DNA from: Thermodesulfobacteriota bacterium
GTDB taxonomy: Bacteria; Desulfobacterota; Desulfobulbia; Desulfobulbales; SURF-16
Length of the DNA: 64,000 nt
Reading direction: 5' to 3'
Assembly: GCA_039715015.1 (NCBI GenBank)
Contig: JBDLIE010000015.1
Location: 1-64,000 of the forward strand
Under the pieces are notes generated by a model that did not search any database, was not told the DNA's origin, and was given only the letters and a program-made list of their open reading frames with translations. Made by a program: the position numbers and the translations under genes. Below, one piece after another: positions 10,009 through 22,165 of the stretch; position 1 is the first letter of the stretch; each line of letters opens with the position of its first letter.

Positions 10009-13000
10009 ATGAAAAATTTTTTACCTGTCGTATTTAAGGGGTCTTTGGTTTGTTTGGTCCTCTCTATCATTGCCGCGGTAAGCGGCTACTACTGGTTCGT
10101 TATGCGCGAGCCGGGTGAGGCCATTAGCCAGGGCAGCATTGAAAATATTCTCACCATGGAGAGCCCGGTCTACTACAGTGACGGTTCTGCTAAGATCGGT
10201 GTATTTTTCGAAGAGGCGCACCGGCAATATCTCTCTTATCAGCAGGTTCCCAAAGATTTCGTCCATGCCATTGTTGCCTCGGAGGATCATGATTTCTTCA
10301 GCCATAATGGCGTTGATTTTAAAGGGCTAGGGCGGGCTATGCTGGCCAACCTCAAGGCTGGCCGGGTAGTGCAGGGCGGCTCTACCATTACCCAGCAGAC
10401 CGCCAAAAACCTCTTCAAGCGTCAGGGGAGATCTATTCAAGCGAAGCTTAAGGAGCTTCTTTTTGCCCTTCGTCTGGAACACCATTATCCCAAGGAAAAA
10501 ATTCTCGAATTTTACGCCAACCAGTTCTTTGTCAGCGGTAATGGCCGGGGGCTTGGGGTTGCGGCCCGTTATTATTTTGACAAAGAGGCCACCGACCTCA
10601 GTCTTGTTGAGGCAGCCTTTATTGCCGGTTCGGTAAAAAGACCCAACTATTATAACCCTCATATCAAGAAGACAGAGGAGGCCATGCGTAAGGCCCAAGT
10701 GGAGAGTAAGCATCGCGCGGCCTATGTTCTTGGTCAGATGTATAAGCTCCACTATATCGACGCAAACGAGTATCAGCGTGCTTTGAACCAGGAGATCCCT
10801 TTTAAACAGGGGCGGACCAGATATTCCTTAAATACGGTGATGGATTTGGTGAAGGATGCCATGGCTGATCCCATCATTGAGGACGCCTTTGTTCGTCATG
10901 GTATCGACAATATTGCCACCTCTGGAATTAAGGTGGTAACCACCATTGACAAGGATTTGCAGGAGAGCAGCCTCTATTCCCTAAAGAGAGAATTGTCCCG
11001 CCTTGACATCCGGCTGACCGGTTATGAACGTAAGCTTCTGCAGGAAACCTATGAGGCTATGTCCCTGGGAAGCACAACCAAGCTCCATGTCGGCCAGTTC
11101 CTCCTGGCCCAGGTTGAGAAGATTGATAAAAATCCGGTGAAGATTCAGCTCTCTTTGGGGGACAAGGCTAATGAGGACCCCTTGGGTATTATTGATGGGG
11201 AAGGGCTGCAGGTAGCCCTGACTGCCCTGGTCCGTCACAAGAGGCAGCGCTGGTCCATGCCGGTGAAGGGGGACCTGGCAAAGGTTCTTTTAAAAGAGAT
11301 CAAAAAGGGTGACCGGGTTTATGTCAGCGTCCGTGAGGTCGATCAACTAAGCGGTGGTACCCTGTTTAACCTTGAAAAATACCCCGAAGTTCAGGGCGCA
11401 GTGATTAGTCTCCAAAACGGCAAGATACGCTCCATGGTCGGCGGTATGACTAATCATTACTTCAACAGGGCAGTGACGGCCAAGCGCCCTATGGGTTCGG
11501 TGATCAAGCCTTTGGTCTATGCAGCGGCCCTGCAGCTTGGCTGGAACTCCCTTGATGCCCTTAATAATGAAAGGGCCATGTTTGTCTATCATGACGAACC
11601 CTATTTCCCGCGGCCAGACCATAAAAGCCCCCATGCCAAAGTTTCCATGAGTTGGGCTGGTGTCCATTCAGAAAACCTGGCCACAGTATGGCTGGTTGCC
11701 CATCTCTGCGATAAATTGACTCCTGGCCAGTTTAAAGAGGTTCTCTCCCATCTGGGTATGGGACAGGAGGATGGTGAATCCTATAATCATTATATGCGCC
11801 GGGTTAGGGACGAGATGGGCATTGTTGTTGATAAGAAGGCCTTGCAGGATTTGGCCTTTGAACAGGCTCTCTTAACCGTGGAAAGTGATCTTATCTTTGA
11901 CGGACAAGATGGCGAGGTGGAATTTCTGCACAAAATGCATTTCAGTAAACAATACGCTGTCATGCTTGAGGAGGAAGAGGCTGCCCGGGAAGAAAACAGC
12001 GAAAAGGGAGACCAAGAGCAAGAAGAGGAGCTGACCAAGGCTGAGATTGCCGAGCTAAAATTACGGAAAGACTTGGCACGCTGGAGCTTTGAACATCTGC
12101 AGGAGCAGTATGCTGCCTTGTTGCGCTTGAAAACATTTCCTGATGCTACCTTAGAGGAATACGTTCCTAATTTTTATTACGTGCCCATGGCCGCCAAAGC
12201 CAACGGTGCGGTGACCCAGGATTTTAGCAGGTATGAGTTTATTTTTTCAGAACAGCAAGAGCCGGGCTGGCGGCCCGTGACATCAATGCTCTTCAGCGCC
12301 ATGGTTGGTGGAATGCTGCCAGCAGATAAAGAAAAGTTCTGGAGCCGGGTGCGTATCGACAATCTGATCACCGTGTCCACCTTGGAACTGGTGGCAGCAG
12401 CTATGGACAAGGAGCTTAAACGCTTTAATTCTCTGGAACCTTACAGTCCCGAAGTGCTTCATTCATTACATGACTTCAGAATCCTGGTTGGACTGCAGTA
12501 TTTGATTGGTCTCTGCCGTGAATTCGGGGTTGAGAGTGGTCTTGAGCCAGTGCTTTCTTTCCCCTTAGGGTCCAATGTCGTCAGCCTCTATGAGGTGGTC
12601 AGGATGTACGAAGGAATTACCTCCGGGAAGGTCCATACCATCGATGGCCAGCAAAATGCCGGACTTGATCTCATCGCCCGCATTGAAACCTATGACGGGG
12701 AGGTGGTGTATACAGCCAAACCGTTTCAGAAGAGAGTCATCGATAACAAGACGACCCTTGCCGTTAATGATATCCTCCGCAATGTTGTTAAGTTTGGAAC
12801 GGGGCGCTATGCCTATCGGAATATCCAGCTGCATAGCCGGGATCCTGAGCTTGAGTCTAATCTCCTGGAAATGGGCATTACTGTTCCTGTTTTAGGTAAA
12901 ACTGGAACAGCAAACCGTTTCTCCAACGCCTCCTTTGCCGGTCTTGTGCCAGGTTCTTATCAGGGGCGCGAGAATGGGGTTGCACTCCATAACGGTTTGG

Positions 13001-13368
13001 TGCTGGCTGCCTATGTCGGCTATGATGACAATAAGCCAATGGTTCGGCGGACTACACATATTACCGGGGCATCAGGGGCCTTGCCTATATGGACCCGAGT
13101 AGCAGCCAGTCATATTTTGAACCGTGACTATGGTAAGGCTCTTGACCTGGCCGACCTCTCTTTTTCCGGGACAAAGGAGTTGCCTCTTTTTTACCCTGAG
13201 GTTGGCCAAATTGAAGTGCCGGTTGCTGTTCGCGGTGGCGGTATGCTGGTGACAGGGGCAGAAGGGGGGCAATCTGCTGTTCGCGCTCCTCTGGTTACCT
13301 TTGGAGAGATTTTGCCCGGTGGCGAAGTGAAGCCTCAGCGGGCCTTTCGGCCCTACTGGTTGCAATAA
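10009..13368 (+). CDS. Class A penicillin-binding protein (transglycosylase/transpeptidase) with large insertions
   Basis: SEDHDF and QGGSTITQQTAKN glycosyltransferase motifs; SVIK, SEN and KTG transpeptidase motifs. Confidence 0.9.
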   Translation: MKNFLPVVFKGSLVCLVLSIIAAVSGYYWFVMREPGEAISQGSIENILTMESPVYYSDGSAKIGVFFEEAHRQYLSYQQVPKDFVHAIVASEDHDFFSHNGVDFKGLGRAMLANLKAGRVVQGGSTITQQTAKNLFKRQGRSIQAKLKELLFALRLEHHYPKEKILEFYANQFFVSGNGRGLGVAARYYFDKEATDLSLVEAAFIAGSVKRPNYYNPHIKKTEEAMRKAQVESKHRAAYVLGQMYKLHYIDANEYQRALNQEIPFKQGRTRYSLNTVMDLVKDAMADPIIEDAFVRHGIDNIATSGIKVVTTIDKDLQESSLYSLKRELSRLDIRLTGYERKLLQETYEAMSLGSTTKLHVGQFLLAQVEKIDKNPVKIQLSLGDKANEDPLGIIDGEGLQVALTALVRHKRQRWSMPVKGDLAKVLLKEIKKGDRVYVSVREVDQLSGGTLFNLEKYPEVQGAVISLQNGKIRSMVGGMTNHYFNRAVTAKRPMGSVIKPLVYAAALQLGWNSLDALNNERAMFVYHDEPYFPRPDHKSPHAKVSMSWAGVHSENLATVWLVAHLCDKLTPGQFKEVLSHLGMGQEDGESYNHYMRRVRDEMGIVVDKKALQDLAFEQALLTVESDLIFDGQDGEVEFLHKMHFSKQYAVMLEEEEAAREENSEKGDQEQEEELTKAEIAELKLRKDLARWSFEHLQEQYAALLRLKTFPDATLEEYVPNFYYVPMAAKANGAVTQDFSRYEFIFSEQQEPGWRPVTSMLFSAMVGGMLPADKEKFWSRVRIDNLITVSTLELVAAAMDKELKRFNSLEPYSPEVLHSLHDFRILVGLQYLIGLCREFGVESGLEPVLSFPLGSNVVSLYEVVRMYEGITSGKVHTIDGQQNAGLDLIARIETYDGEVVYTAKPFQKRVIDNKTTLAVNDILRNVVKFGTGRYAYRNIQLHSRDPELESNLLEMGITVPVLGKTGTANRFSNASFAGLVPGSYQGRENGVALHNGLVLAAYVGYDDNKPMVRRTTHITGASGALPIWTRVAASHILNRDYGKALDLADLSFSGTKELPLFYPEVGQIEVPVAVRGGGMLVTGAEGGQSAVRAPLVTFGEILPGGEVKPQRAFRPYWLQ

Positions 13369-13445
13369 TCGTAGTGAAACATTGATATGTCCCGTAGCTT
13401 GTCTTCTCCAGGGAGCCAAGTGCGGACAAGGAGCAGTGTGCAAAA

Positions 13446-15107
13446 ATGTTTTTGAATGTAAAGCATAACCCAGGTTCAGACTCATCTTTTGGGGGGAAGG
13501 TAGGTCTCGTTTCATTAGTATTCTTAACAGTGGTTTTTTTGACAGGTTGCCAGTCAGGAAAACAGGTGGTCCGCCACTTTCCTGCAGGTGATGAAGTTCC
13601 TGCCGTGAGGGATGTTGACGGGCCAGATAAATCGGTAAGCAGGGAGACTGGCGAAGCAGGAGACGACGATGTCTTTTTGGCGCGTGTTGACAGTGGCCAG
13701 TTTGATCCTCAATTTGTGAAATCACGGTTGAAGCTCTACGCTGACAAGGAAGGCAACTGGCAGATTCTGGAAGAAAAGATGCGTTCCTTTGGCCTGAGTC
13801 CTGAACAGGAAGAACAGTGGCAGCAATGCTCGGGGCTGCTCGCTGATCTGGTCAGCGGATATGGCGTCGCACTTGACGGGCAGGGGGATCCCCTTGCTGT
13901 GACCAGAAAGGATATTTCCTATGCCGAAAGTAATTGCGAAGAGATGTTTGCCGTGCATACGGCCCGCATCCCTGAACTGCTTACAAAGTTTCAGCAGGAG
14001 GCTGCTGAGCAGGCAGAGACTGTTATTGACTATTATGCTGAGAGAAAGGAATATCATAAGGTAGTAACTGCCTATGAAAATGTCGTTCAGTTCAGCGGTA
14101 AGGAGTGCTCTGATCTTCGGCTTAGGGAAATTTATGGCAGGGCTTTGCTCCATACCGGTCGGCTGGAAAAGGCAGCGTTTGTTTTTTCTCAGGTGCTGGA
14201 TGAGAGCGGCCCCTACGAGAAGTGGCCGCTTCGCCTAGAGGTGGGAGAGCTCCTCATTGCGGCAGGACAATATGAGAAGGCAAGGGCTGAATATCTTCAC
14301 CTCGCAGAAATTCTCAGTTCATGGGAGGAAATAAACAAGTCTGTTACCGATAAGCTAGCGCTTCTTTTTGCCGCTGACGATCATGCTCGGGAGCTTGCCC
14401 TCTACAGTCAGGCGCTTAAGTCCTTCCTCTCTTTTGAAGGCAACAGCATTCCCAATATTTTTCAGTCTGCTGTCCGTGAACTCCAGAGCAAATATCCCGG
14501 CGGCATCCACACGACGGCCGCGGAAGTTTTGTATCAGCAGGCCGAAGAGCAGGTGCGGCAGCAGACAGCTGTAAATCTGGCTGACATTGAAAAGTTTGTT
14601 GACGACAAGGAGTTTAAACAAGCCTTGGGCCTTTTAAACAGCATGCGTCAGTCTCACTTGCCGGCAGACTATGTGCTACAGGTTGAAGAGATGGCCTTAG
14701 TGGTCAATGATGCCCGTGGACAGCATGTTGCCCTCAAGAAAGAAAAGCATAAACAAGACATGGCCGACCAATGGCAGGAAGGGCTTAACCTTCTTGATAT
14801 GCAGCTTTATGATGAGTCCATTACAGTCTTTATGGAGCTGCTTGGTACAGAGTATGACCGCAAGGCGTCCGTGGAGATTGAAAAGGCTTCTTTGCAAGCT
14901 GCTAAATCTCTCCGTAAAAAGGCGGCAAATATTTTTGTCAAGGCACGCCGGGCCACTGATCCTGCCACTCGCAAGGTTTTGCTAAAAGATTCACGGATCC
15001 TTTTGCAGACAATCCTGGCTCGATATCCGCAGGTTGAAATTGCCGAGAAGGTTACAGGTAATCTTCAGGTTATCGATGAGCAGCTTCTGGCCTTAGAAGA
15101 GTTGTAA
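13446..15107 (+). CDS. TPR-containing lipoprotein
   Basis: Lipobox LTGC; helical TPR-like repeats; true start may be slightly downstream. Confidence 0.75.
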   Translation: MFLNVKHNPGSDSSFGGKVGLVSLVFLTVVFLTGCQSGKQVVRHFPAGDEVPAVRDVDGPDKSVSRETGEAGDDDVFLARVDSGQFDPQFVKSRLKLYADKEGNWQILEEKMRSFGLSPEQEEQWQQCSGLLADLVSGYGVALDGQGDPLAVTRKDISYAESNCEEMFAVHTARIPELLTKFQQEAAEQAETVIDYYAERKEYHKVVTAYENVVQFSGKECSDLRLREIYGRALLHTGRLEKAAFVFSQVLDESGPYEKWPLRLEVGELLIAAGQYEKARAEYLHLAEILSSWEEINKSVTDKLALLFAADDHARELALYSQALKSFLSFEGNSIPNIFQSAVRELQSKYPGGIHTTAAEVLYQQAEEQVRQQTAVNLADIEKFVDDKEFKQALGLLNSMRQSHLPADYVLQVEEMALVVNDARGQHVALKKEKHKQDMADQWQEGLNLLDMQLYDESITVFMELLGTEYDRKASVEIEKASLQAAKSLRKKAANIFVKARRATDPATRKVLLKDSRILLQTILARYPQVEIAEKVTGNLQVIDEQLLALEEL

Positions 15108-15164
15108 AATGTAGGGTTTTGACCAGGCAGCCTCCTTGGTGGAGAGACTGCTATGAGTAAGGCA

Positions 15165-15205
15165 AGCCGACGCCTCCTTGATAGAAGGATGTGTCGGCTT
15201 TTTTT
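15165..15205 (+). terminator. Probable intrinsic terminator
   Basis: AGCCGAC...GTCGGCT stem followed by a T-run. Confidence 0.6.
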
Positions 15206-15394
15206 GTTTATGGAGTTGGCATTTTTCCCCATTGTCATCTCTGAAAAACCTTGCAAAAAACACTGCCGTATGGGCAGACTAGTAAGGATAAAGGCTTATT
15301 CCTTCAAGGGATTGTGGGGCGAGTTTTCTGTGCAAATTTCCCTGGAGTCGAAATTTAAGCCGCTCATTTTTAAGAGTTTTCATGAGGGGAAAAT

Positions 15395-18202
15395 ATGGCG
15401 GATGAGCAGATGTCAGTCAGCCAGTTGCTTGATGATTTAGCTATAAAGATTTTGGTTGTCGAACCAGGTGATCTGTCGGCTGTTGGTGATCTTCTTGAGG
15501 TGTCTGAGAAACTCCTGAGTCATGTTGAGGTCCAAGGACTATCTGTTCTTGAAAAGATGGTTGATGCCTTCAAAAAGGTTCTGGAAGCAAGCATCATGGG
15601 TGAATTGTCTGATTCTCCGGAGAATTTTGATCGCCTTGGCCAAAGTGTCACCATGATGCAAGAGGCAAGCAGGGGGGGTGAGGCTGATGGTTCGTCCTTT
15701 TGTAAACTTTTCAAGGAGATCGGTCTTGAGATAGACCCCGCCGAGTTCGGTGTTGCCGGCGCCAGCGACGACGCAGGGGGGAGCACTGATACAGGTGAAG
15801 GACCTGTCGGGCCGGATGAAATTGACACTCGTTTTCTTGCAGATCCTGAGCTCCTTACCGCCTTTATTGAGGAGGCTGAGGAGCATCTTAATGCTATCGA
15901 ATCAACCATCCTGGAGCTAGAAAAAAGCCCGGATGATAGTGAAATTATCAATTCAATCTTCCGCTCTTTTCATACCATCAAGGGTATTGCCAGTTGTACA
16001 GACCTTGAGCGGATAAGTAATCTTGCCCATTCCACCGAAAGTCTTCTTGATGAGGTTCGCAATCACCGCCTTGACCTTGACCCTGCGGCAACAGATGTAA
16101 TACTTGCCGTTTGTGATCGCCTTGAACATATGGTTGGAAATGTCAAGGAGGTCCTTGAGAAAGGTCTTGATCATTACAAGGACTACGCTATTGAAGATCT
16201 CCTCGACCAGGTGAACGATGTTATGGCCAGTGCCGGCCAGGAGGAAGGATCAGCTCCACAGAGTCCACCATCTGTTCAGGAAGAAGTGACAGAGGCAGCA
16301 GGCCAGGAAGAAGAGGTCCCCGAAAAAGATAAAATAGATCTGGGCAGCGGTGAGATCCCCGATTTTATGCAGGATGTCGATCTTGTAGGTGGTTTCATCA
16401 CCGAGGCCTTTGAGCATCTTGAAACCATTGAGGCCAATGTCCTCGATTTGGAACAGGCTCCTGATGATGAAGATATTATTAATAACATCTTTAGGCCATT
16501 TCATACTATCAAAGGCGTTTCAGGATTCCTCAATCTCACCACCATTAACAAGCTGGCCCATAGCACCGAGAATCTCCTCGACGATGTTCGTAACAATAAG
16601 TTGAGCATGAATGCTGATATTATTGATGTCGTACTCGGGGTAGGAGATTATCTGCGCAGTATGGTGCAGAACCTGAGCGACATGTTGGAGCAAGGACCAG
16701 AGCTGTACAAGGAATTTGCTATCAGTGACTGGGTCAAAAGGGTTGAAGCTCTGCAGGCCGGGGAAGTTGTTGGAGCTGCTACGCCTCCAACAGTTGCCGG
16801 AAAAACGGCGCCACCTGAGCCTGGCCGGGAAGCTCCTGCCCCTCCCGAGGCTGCCTTGCCTGCTAACCCTGAACCATCCTCGACGCCTTCTTCTGCTGTT
16901 GATGCCGCTCCTGCTGCCGCTGTGAAAAGGACTCCTCCGCCAAAGGCCAAGATCGGAGCCTCTATCAAGGTGGATGTTGAAAAGCTTGATGGACTGGTGA
17001 ACGCTGTGGGAGAGCTTGTCATCATGCAGGCCATGGTCCGCCAAAACCCCTTAATTACTGAGATCTCAGAGCCTAAGCTCAACAAGGATTTTGGCCAGCT
17101 CAGCCGTATCACCACCGAGCTGCAGAAAACAGCGATGTCCATGCGCATGGTCCCCATCCGGCAGACCTTCCAAAAGATGACTCGCCTTGTCCGTGATCTT
17201 TCCAAAAAATCAGGAAAAACAATAGATTTGGTTATGGAAGGTGAGGAGACAGAGATTGATCGTAATATGGTGGACTCCATCTATGATCCCCTGGTTCACA
17301 TGATGCGAAACTCTGTGGATCATGGGGTCCAAGTTCCCGCTGACAGGGAGGCTGTAGGCAAACCTGGCAAGGGTACGGTGAAATTGTCCGCCTACCACAA
17401 GGGGGGCAATATCATCATTGAGATTCATGATGATGGCCAGGGCCTCAATACCGCTAAGATTCGCTCAAAAGCAATTGATCGCGGTCTGATGAAAGAGTCT
17501 GACAATGTCAGTGATCATGAAATTAACAACATGATCTTTCTGCCGGGCTTTTCCACTGCCGATCAGATTACCGATGTTTCCGGTCGTGGCGTGGGCATGG
17601 ATGTTGTTAAGAAGGGCGTGGAAAAGCTGCGCGGCAAGGTCGAACTGATTTCCACACCTGGCGAAGGCACCCAGTTTCTCATGCGTTTGCCACTGACCTT
17701 GGCCATCATTGACGGTATCATTGTTCAGGTTGGCCAGGAGCGTTACATCATCCCCACCATTGCGGTGCAAGAATCCATTCGTCCCCGCCGTGAAAATTAT
17801 AAAACCGTGCAAGGACAGGGCGAGACCCTGATGGTGCGTGACAGCCTGATTCCCATTATCCGTCTTAACCATGTTTTTGAGGTGGAAGATTCCTGTACTG
17901 ATATCACCTCCGGCATTGTTGTCGTTGTCGAAATTGAAGGACGTCGCCGTGCCCTGCTTGTTGATGAGTTACTTGGTAAACAGGAGGTGGTTATCAAGAG
18001 TCTCGGCGGTTACCTGAAAGACATAAAGGGCCTTGCCGGCGGGACAATTCTTGGCGATGGCCGGGTGGGACTTATCCTTGATCTTGCCGGTTTGATTGGC
18101 GCCAGCGAGGAAAAAGTCCCGCCACCACTTGTTAATCCTGAAGACCTACAGGAAGAAACTGTAACCACTCAGGATGTTGAAGATGTCGTCGTTGATGCCT
18201 GA
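15395..18202 (+). CDS. cheA: Chemotaxis histidine kinase CheA with two tandem Hpt domains
   Basis: FRSFHTIKG and FRPFHTIKG; HMMRNSVDHG; DDGQG; SGRGVGMDVV; C-terminal CheW domain. Confidence 0.96.
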   Translation: MADEQMSVSQLLDDLAIKILVVEPGDLSAVGDLLEVSEKLLSHVEVQGLSVLEKMVDAFKKVLEASIMGELSDSPENFDRLGQSVTMMQEASRGGEADGSSFCKLFKEIGLEIDPAEFGVAGASDDAGGSTDTGEGPVGPDEIDTRFLADPELLTAFIEEAEEHLNAIESTILELEKSPDDSEIINSIFRSFHTIKGIASCTDLERISNLAHSTESLLDEVRNHRLDLDPAATDVILAVCDRLEHMVGNVKEVLEKGLDHYKDYAIEDLLDQVNDVMASAGQEEGSAPQSPPSVQEEVTEAAGQEEEVPEKDKIDLGSGEIPDFMQDVDLVGGFITEAFEHLETIEANVLDLEQAPDDEDIINNIFRPFHTIKGVSGFLNLTTINKLAHSTENLLDDVRNNKLSMNADIIDVVLGVGDYLRSMVQNLSDMLEQGPELYKEFAISDWVKRVEALQAGEVVGAATPPTVAGKTAPPEPGREAPAPPEAALPANPEPSSTPSSAVDAAPAAAVKRTPPPKAKIGASIKVDVEKLDGLVNAVGELVIMQAMVRQNPLITEISEPKLNKDFGQLSRITTELQKTAMSMRMVPIRQTFQKMTRLVRDLSKKSGKTIDLVMEGEETEIDRNMVDSIYDPLVHMMRNSVDHGVQVPADREAVGKPGKGTVKLSAYHKGGNIIIEIHDDGQGLNTAKIRSKAIDRGLMKESDNVSDHEINNMIFLPGFSTADQITDVSGRGVGMDVVKKGVEKLRGKVELISTPGEGTQFLMRLPLTLAIIDGIIVQVGQERYIIPTIAVQESIRPRRENYKTVQGQGETLMVRDSLIPIIRLNHVFEVEDSCTDITSGIVVVVEIEGRRRALLVDELLGKQEVVIKSLGGYLKDIKGLAGGTILGDGRVGLILDLAGLIGASEEKVPPPLVNPEDLQEETVTTQDVEDVVVDA

Positions 18203-18305
18203 TCTTTCATGCGAAAGGTGCTGAGGTGATGCGAATTAGGTTTGGATGATGTGGGAGCACAAATGGACCACATCTTTCATCAATTTCTTCCAGGAGGAAG
18301 TAGCA

Positions 18306-18818
18306 ATGAGCAGCGAGAAAGTTCTCCATGAAGAGTCCGGACGTGGAATCACAGAGCTTGCCGGCAAATATTTAACCTTTGCCCTTGCGGATGAAGAGTA
18401 TGGCATAGGTATTCTCAAGGTGCGAGAGATCATTGGTCTTATGGAGATAACTGCGGTGCCGCAAACGCCATCATATGTCAAAGGGGTCATTAATTTGAGA
18501 GGCAGGGTTATTCCTGTTCTGGAGCTCCGGACCAAATTTGGCATGGCTCCCCAAGAGTACAATGATAGAACATGCATTATCGTGGTTGAAGTGTCGACGC
18601 CAGGGGGCACCATTCAGGTGGGAATGTTGGTGGATTCTGTTTCCGAAGTGCTCAATATCATTGCGGAAGAAATTGAACCACCGCCCTCCTTCGGAACCAC
18701 CCAGATGGAGACATCAGCTATTCTTGGCATGGCAAAAATAAAAGGAGAGGTGAAAATTTTGTTGGATGTCAACAGTGTTGTTGGCGAGGGCCTTGTTGAC
18801 CAGTTTTCAAAGATGTAA
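18306..18818 (+). CDS. cheW: Chemotaxis coupling protein CheW
   Basis: KYLTFAL..EEYGI and VKGVINLRGRVIPV motifs. Confidence 0.95.
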   Translation: MSSEKVLHEESGRGITELAGKYLTFALADEEYGIGILKVREIIGLMEITAVPQTPSYVKGVINLRGRVIPVLELRTKFGMAPQEYNDRTCIIVVEVSTPGGTIQVGMLVDSVSEVLNIIAEEIEPPPSFGTTQMETSAILGMAKIKGEVKILLDVNSVVGEGLVDQFSKM

Positions 18819-18835
18819 TTTCAGGTCTTCCGCGA

Positions 18836-19663
18836 ATGGTACTCTCTTATAAACCCTTAACTGATCAGCTGTTTAAGCAGTTTAGCGATCTTATCTACCA
18901 GCAGACTGGTATTTTTTTAAAGCCGGAAAAAAAAGAGCTGCTTAATGCCCGCCTGGGCAAAAGGTTGCGGCACTGCCGGATTTCAAGTTTCGAAGAGTAC
19001 TATGATTTTGTTCAGCAAGATGCCAGCGGCGATGAGTTGGTCCATCTCATTGATGCTGTGTCGACGAATTTCACCAGTTTTTTTCGGGAAAAAACCCATT
19101 TTGACTACCTAAGTTCCTCAGTGCTACAGGAGTTTGCGGCCCAAGGGATGCCCGGGGACTTTAAGGTCTGGTCCGCAGCGTGCTCATCCGGGGAAGAGCC
19201 TTACTCCCTTGCCATTGTTTTAAATGAGTTCGCTGTTAACCAGATGCGTTTTCGCTTTACTGTCCAGGCCACGGATATATCCACCAAGGTGCTGGCCATG
19301 GCCCAGAAAGGAGTCTACGCCGCCGACAAGGTGCAAAATATGGCCCCTGATTTATTAAGACGTTATTTCCAGAAGGGCAAGGGGCGGAGCGAGGGATATG
19401 TGAAGGTGAAAAGCGAGCTCAGTCAGCCAATTACCTTCATGCGTTTTAACCTTATGGACCAGTATCCCTGGCAGGATGAGTTCGATGTTATTTTCTGCAG
19501 GAATGTGATGATCTATTTCAATAGGGAGACCCAGCAGCAGCTGGTGGATAAATTTTATAAATGTTTAAAGCCGAGTGGCCATTTTTTCATCGGCCATTCT
19601 GAGAGTTTGACCGCCATCAACCACCGATTCCGCCAGGTAACCACCACGGGATACAAAAAATAA
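18836..19663 (+). CDS. cheR: Chemotaxis methyltransferase CheR
   Basis: TNFTSFFRE, WSAACSSGEEPYS, FCRNVMIYF, IGHSES. Confidence 0.96.
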   Translation: MVLSYKPLTDQLFKQFSDLIYQQTGIFLKPEKKELLNARLGKRLRHCRISSFEEYYDFVQQDASGDELVHLIDAVSTNFTSFFREKTHFDYLSSSVLQEFAAQGMPGDFKVWSAACSSGEEPYSLAIVLNEFAVNQMRFRFTVQATDISTKVLAMAQKGVYAADKVQNMAPDLLRRYFQKGKGRSEGYVKVKSELSQPITFMRFNLMDQYPWQDEFDVIFCRNVMIYFNRETQQQLVDKFYKCLKPSGHFFIGHSESLTAINHRFRQVTTTGYKK

Positions 19664-19686
19664 ATACCACAGCACAGGGAAAAATT

Positions 19687-20166
19687 ATGAAACAGGTTGT
19701 TGGTATATCAGACATGAAGGTGAGTAAGGATCCGAAGGATACCTTGATTACCTTTTCTCTGGGGTCATGCATCGGCGTTTTGGTCTGGGATCCAAAGGTC
19801 CGGGTGGCCGGTTTGCTGCATTATATGTTGCCTGACTCCAAGATTGATACGGACCGGGCCAAGCAGAATCCCTACATGTTTGGAGACACGGGTATTCCTA
19901 GGCTTTTTCGGGAAGCCTATGGATTGGGGGCAGCCAAAGAGCGCATGCAGGTTTACGTTGTGGGCGGCTCTCAACTCATGGACTCTGCAGGAATTTTCAA
20001 TATCGGTGTTCGCAATTACGATATCTCCAAACGCCTTTTTGCCAAAAATGGCGTGAAGTTGACCAAAGAGGATATCGGCGGATCGGTAAACCGCACCATC
20101 AGCATTGAATTAGCAACAGCAAAAATTTTGTTAAAAGTTTCCGGAAAGGGGGAGTTTGAGCTATGA
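19687..20166 (+). CDS. cheD: Chemoreceptor glutamine deamidase CheD
   Basis: LGSCIGV, GLLHYMLP, IGVRN, EDIGG. Confidence 0.93.
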   Translation: MKQVVGISDMKVSKDPKDTLITFSLGSCIGVLVWDPKVRVAGLLHYMLPDSKIDTDRAKQNPYMFGDTGIPRLFREAYGLGAAKERMQVYVVGGSQLMDSAGIFNIGVRNYDISKRLFAKNGVKLTKEDIGGSVNRTISIELATAKILLKVSGKGEFEL

Positions 20167-21008
20167 GCCGCGTTGAAGAAGTTTTGATGATGGTAAAGCA
20201 CGTTCCTCCCTTTCCCAAGGTTGCTCAGCGAGTAATGGAGCTGTTGGAGGACCCCAACACCACTGCCACTCAGCTTGCCGAGGTCATCCAGTTTGATTCG
20301 GCAATTACTGCCAATGTCTTAAAGATCTGTAATGCCGCTTATTTTGGCTTGCCTCGTAAGGTGTCATCTCTGGACGAAGGGCTGGTGGTGATCGGGTATG
20401 ATATATTGAAGGATATTATTATCACCAGCTGTAGCGCCAAGTTTTATAAGGGCAATGTCGGCGCTGGTTATGAGCTTGGCCAGGGCGAATTGTGGAAGCA
20501 CTCGGTGGCCTGCGGCATCATGGCAAAACTGGTGATTAAATTCTTTGATGATGTAGATCCTTCCAGTGCCTTCACAGCAGCCATCCTCCATGACATCGGC
20601 AAGCGATTTATGTCTACCTTCATTGCTGATGAGTATGATTTTGTTTTGGCTATGGTGGAAAAGGAGCAATGCTCTTTTGTTGAGGCTGAACAGGAAATTA
20701 TCGGCATGGACCACGCTACCTTGGGCGGCATTATTCTTGAGAAATGGGAATTCCCGGCGGATATGAAAGAGGCGGTGGAGTCCCATCATAAACCCGATGC
20801 CCTGGAAAAAGGAGGTCTCACCGCCCTTGTTGCCCTGGCCAATGCCCTGGTGGTTACCATGGGAGTCGGCGTCGGTGTTGATGGACTTGCCACCCCCCTT
20901 AATAGTCAAGAGCTGGCCCGATTTGGCATCGGCGAGATAGACCTCCAGTTTATGATGGCAGATCTTCTTGGCGAGATGGCCAAGGCCGAAGAGTTATTAA
21001 ATATGTAG
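20163..21008 (+). CDS. HDOD domain protein
   Basis: LKICNAAYFG, LWKHS, AILHDIGK, DHATLG..WEFP. Confidence 0.92.
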   Translation: MSRVEEVLMMVKHVPPFPKVAQRVMELLEDPNTTATQLAEVIQFDSAITANVLKICNAAYFGLPRKVSSLDEGLVVIGYDILKDIIITSCSAKFYKGNVGAGYELGQGELWKHSVACGIMAKLVIKFFDDVDPSSAFTAAILHDIGKRFMSTFIADEYDFVLAMVEKEQCSFVEAEQEIIGMDHATLGGIILEKWEFPADMKEAVESHHKPDALEKGGLTALVALANALVVTMGVGVGVDGLATPLNSQELARFGIGEIDLQFMMADLLGEMAKAEELLNM

Positions 21009-21035
21009 GTTATTATCTGTCGTTGATAGGGATAA

Positions 21036-22070
<1,035 letters not shown>

Positions 22071-22165
22071 TTTTTTTTAAGCTATGGCCCTTGGGGCGGA
22101 GTCTGTCCATCCCCATTCAATAAGAATGAAAAAGGTCTGTGGTAAAAAAATGTTCAGAGCCGTCT

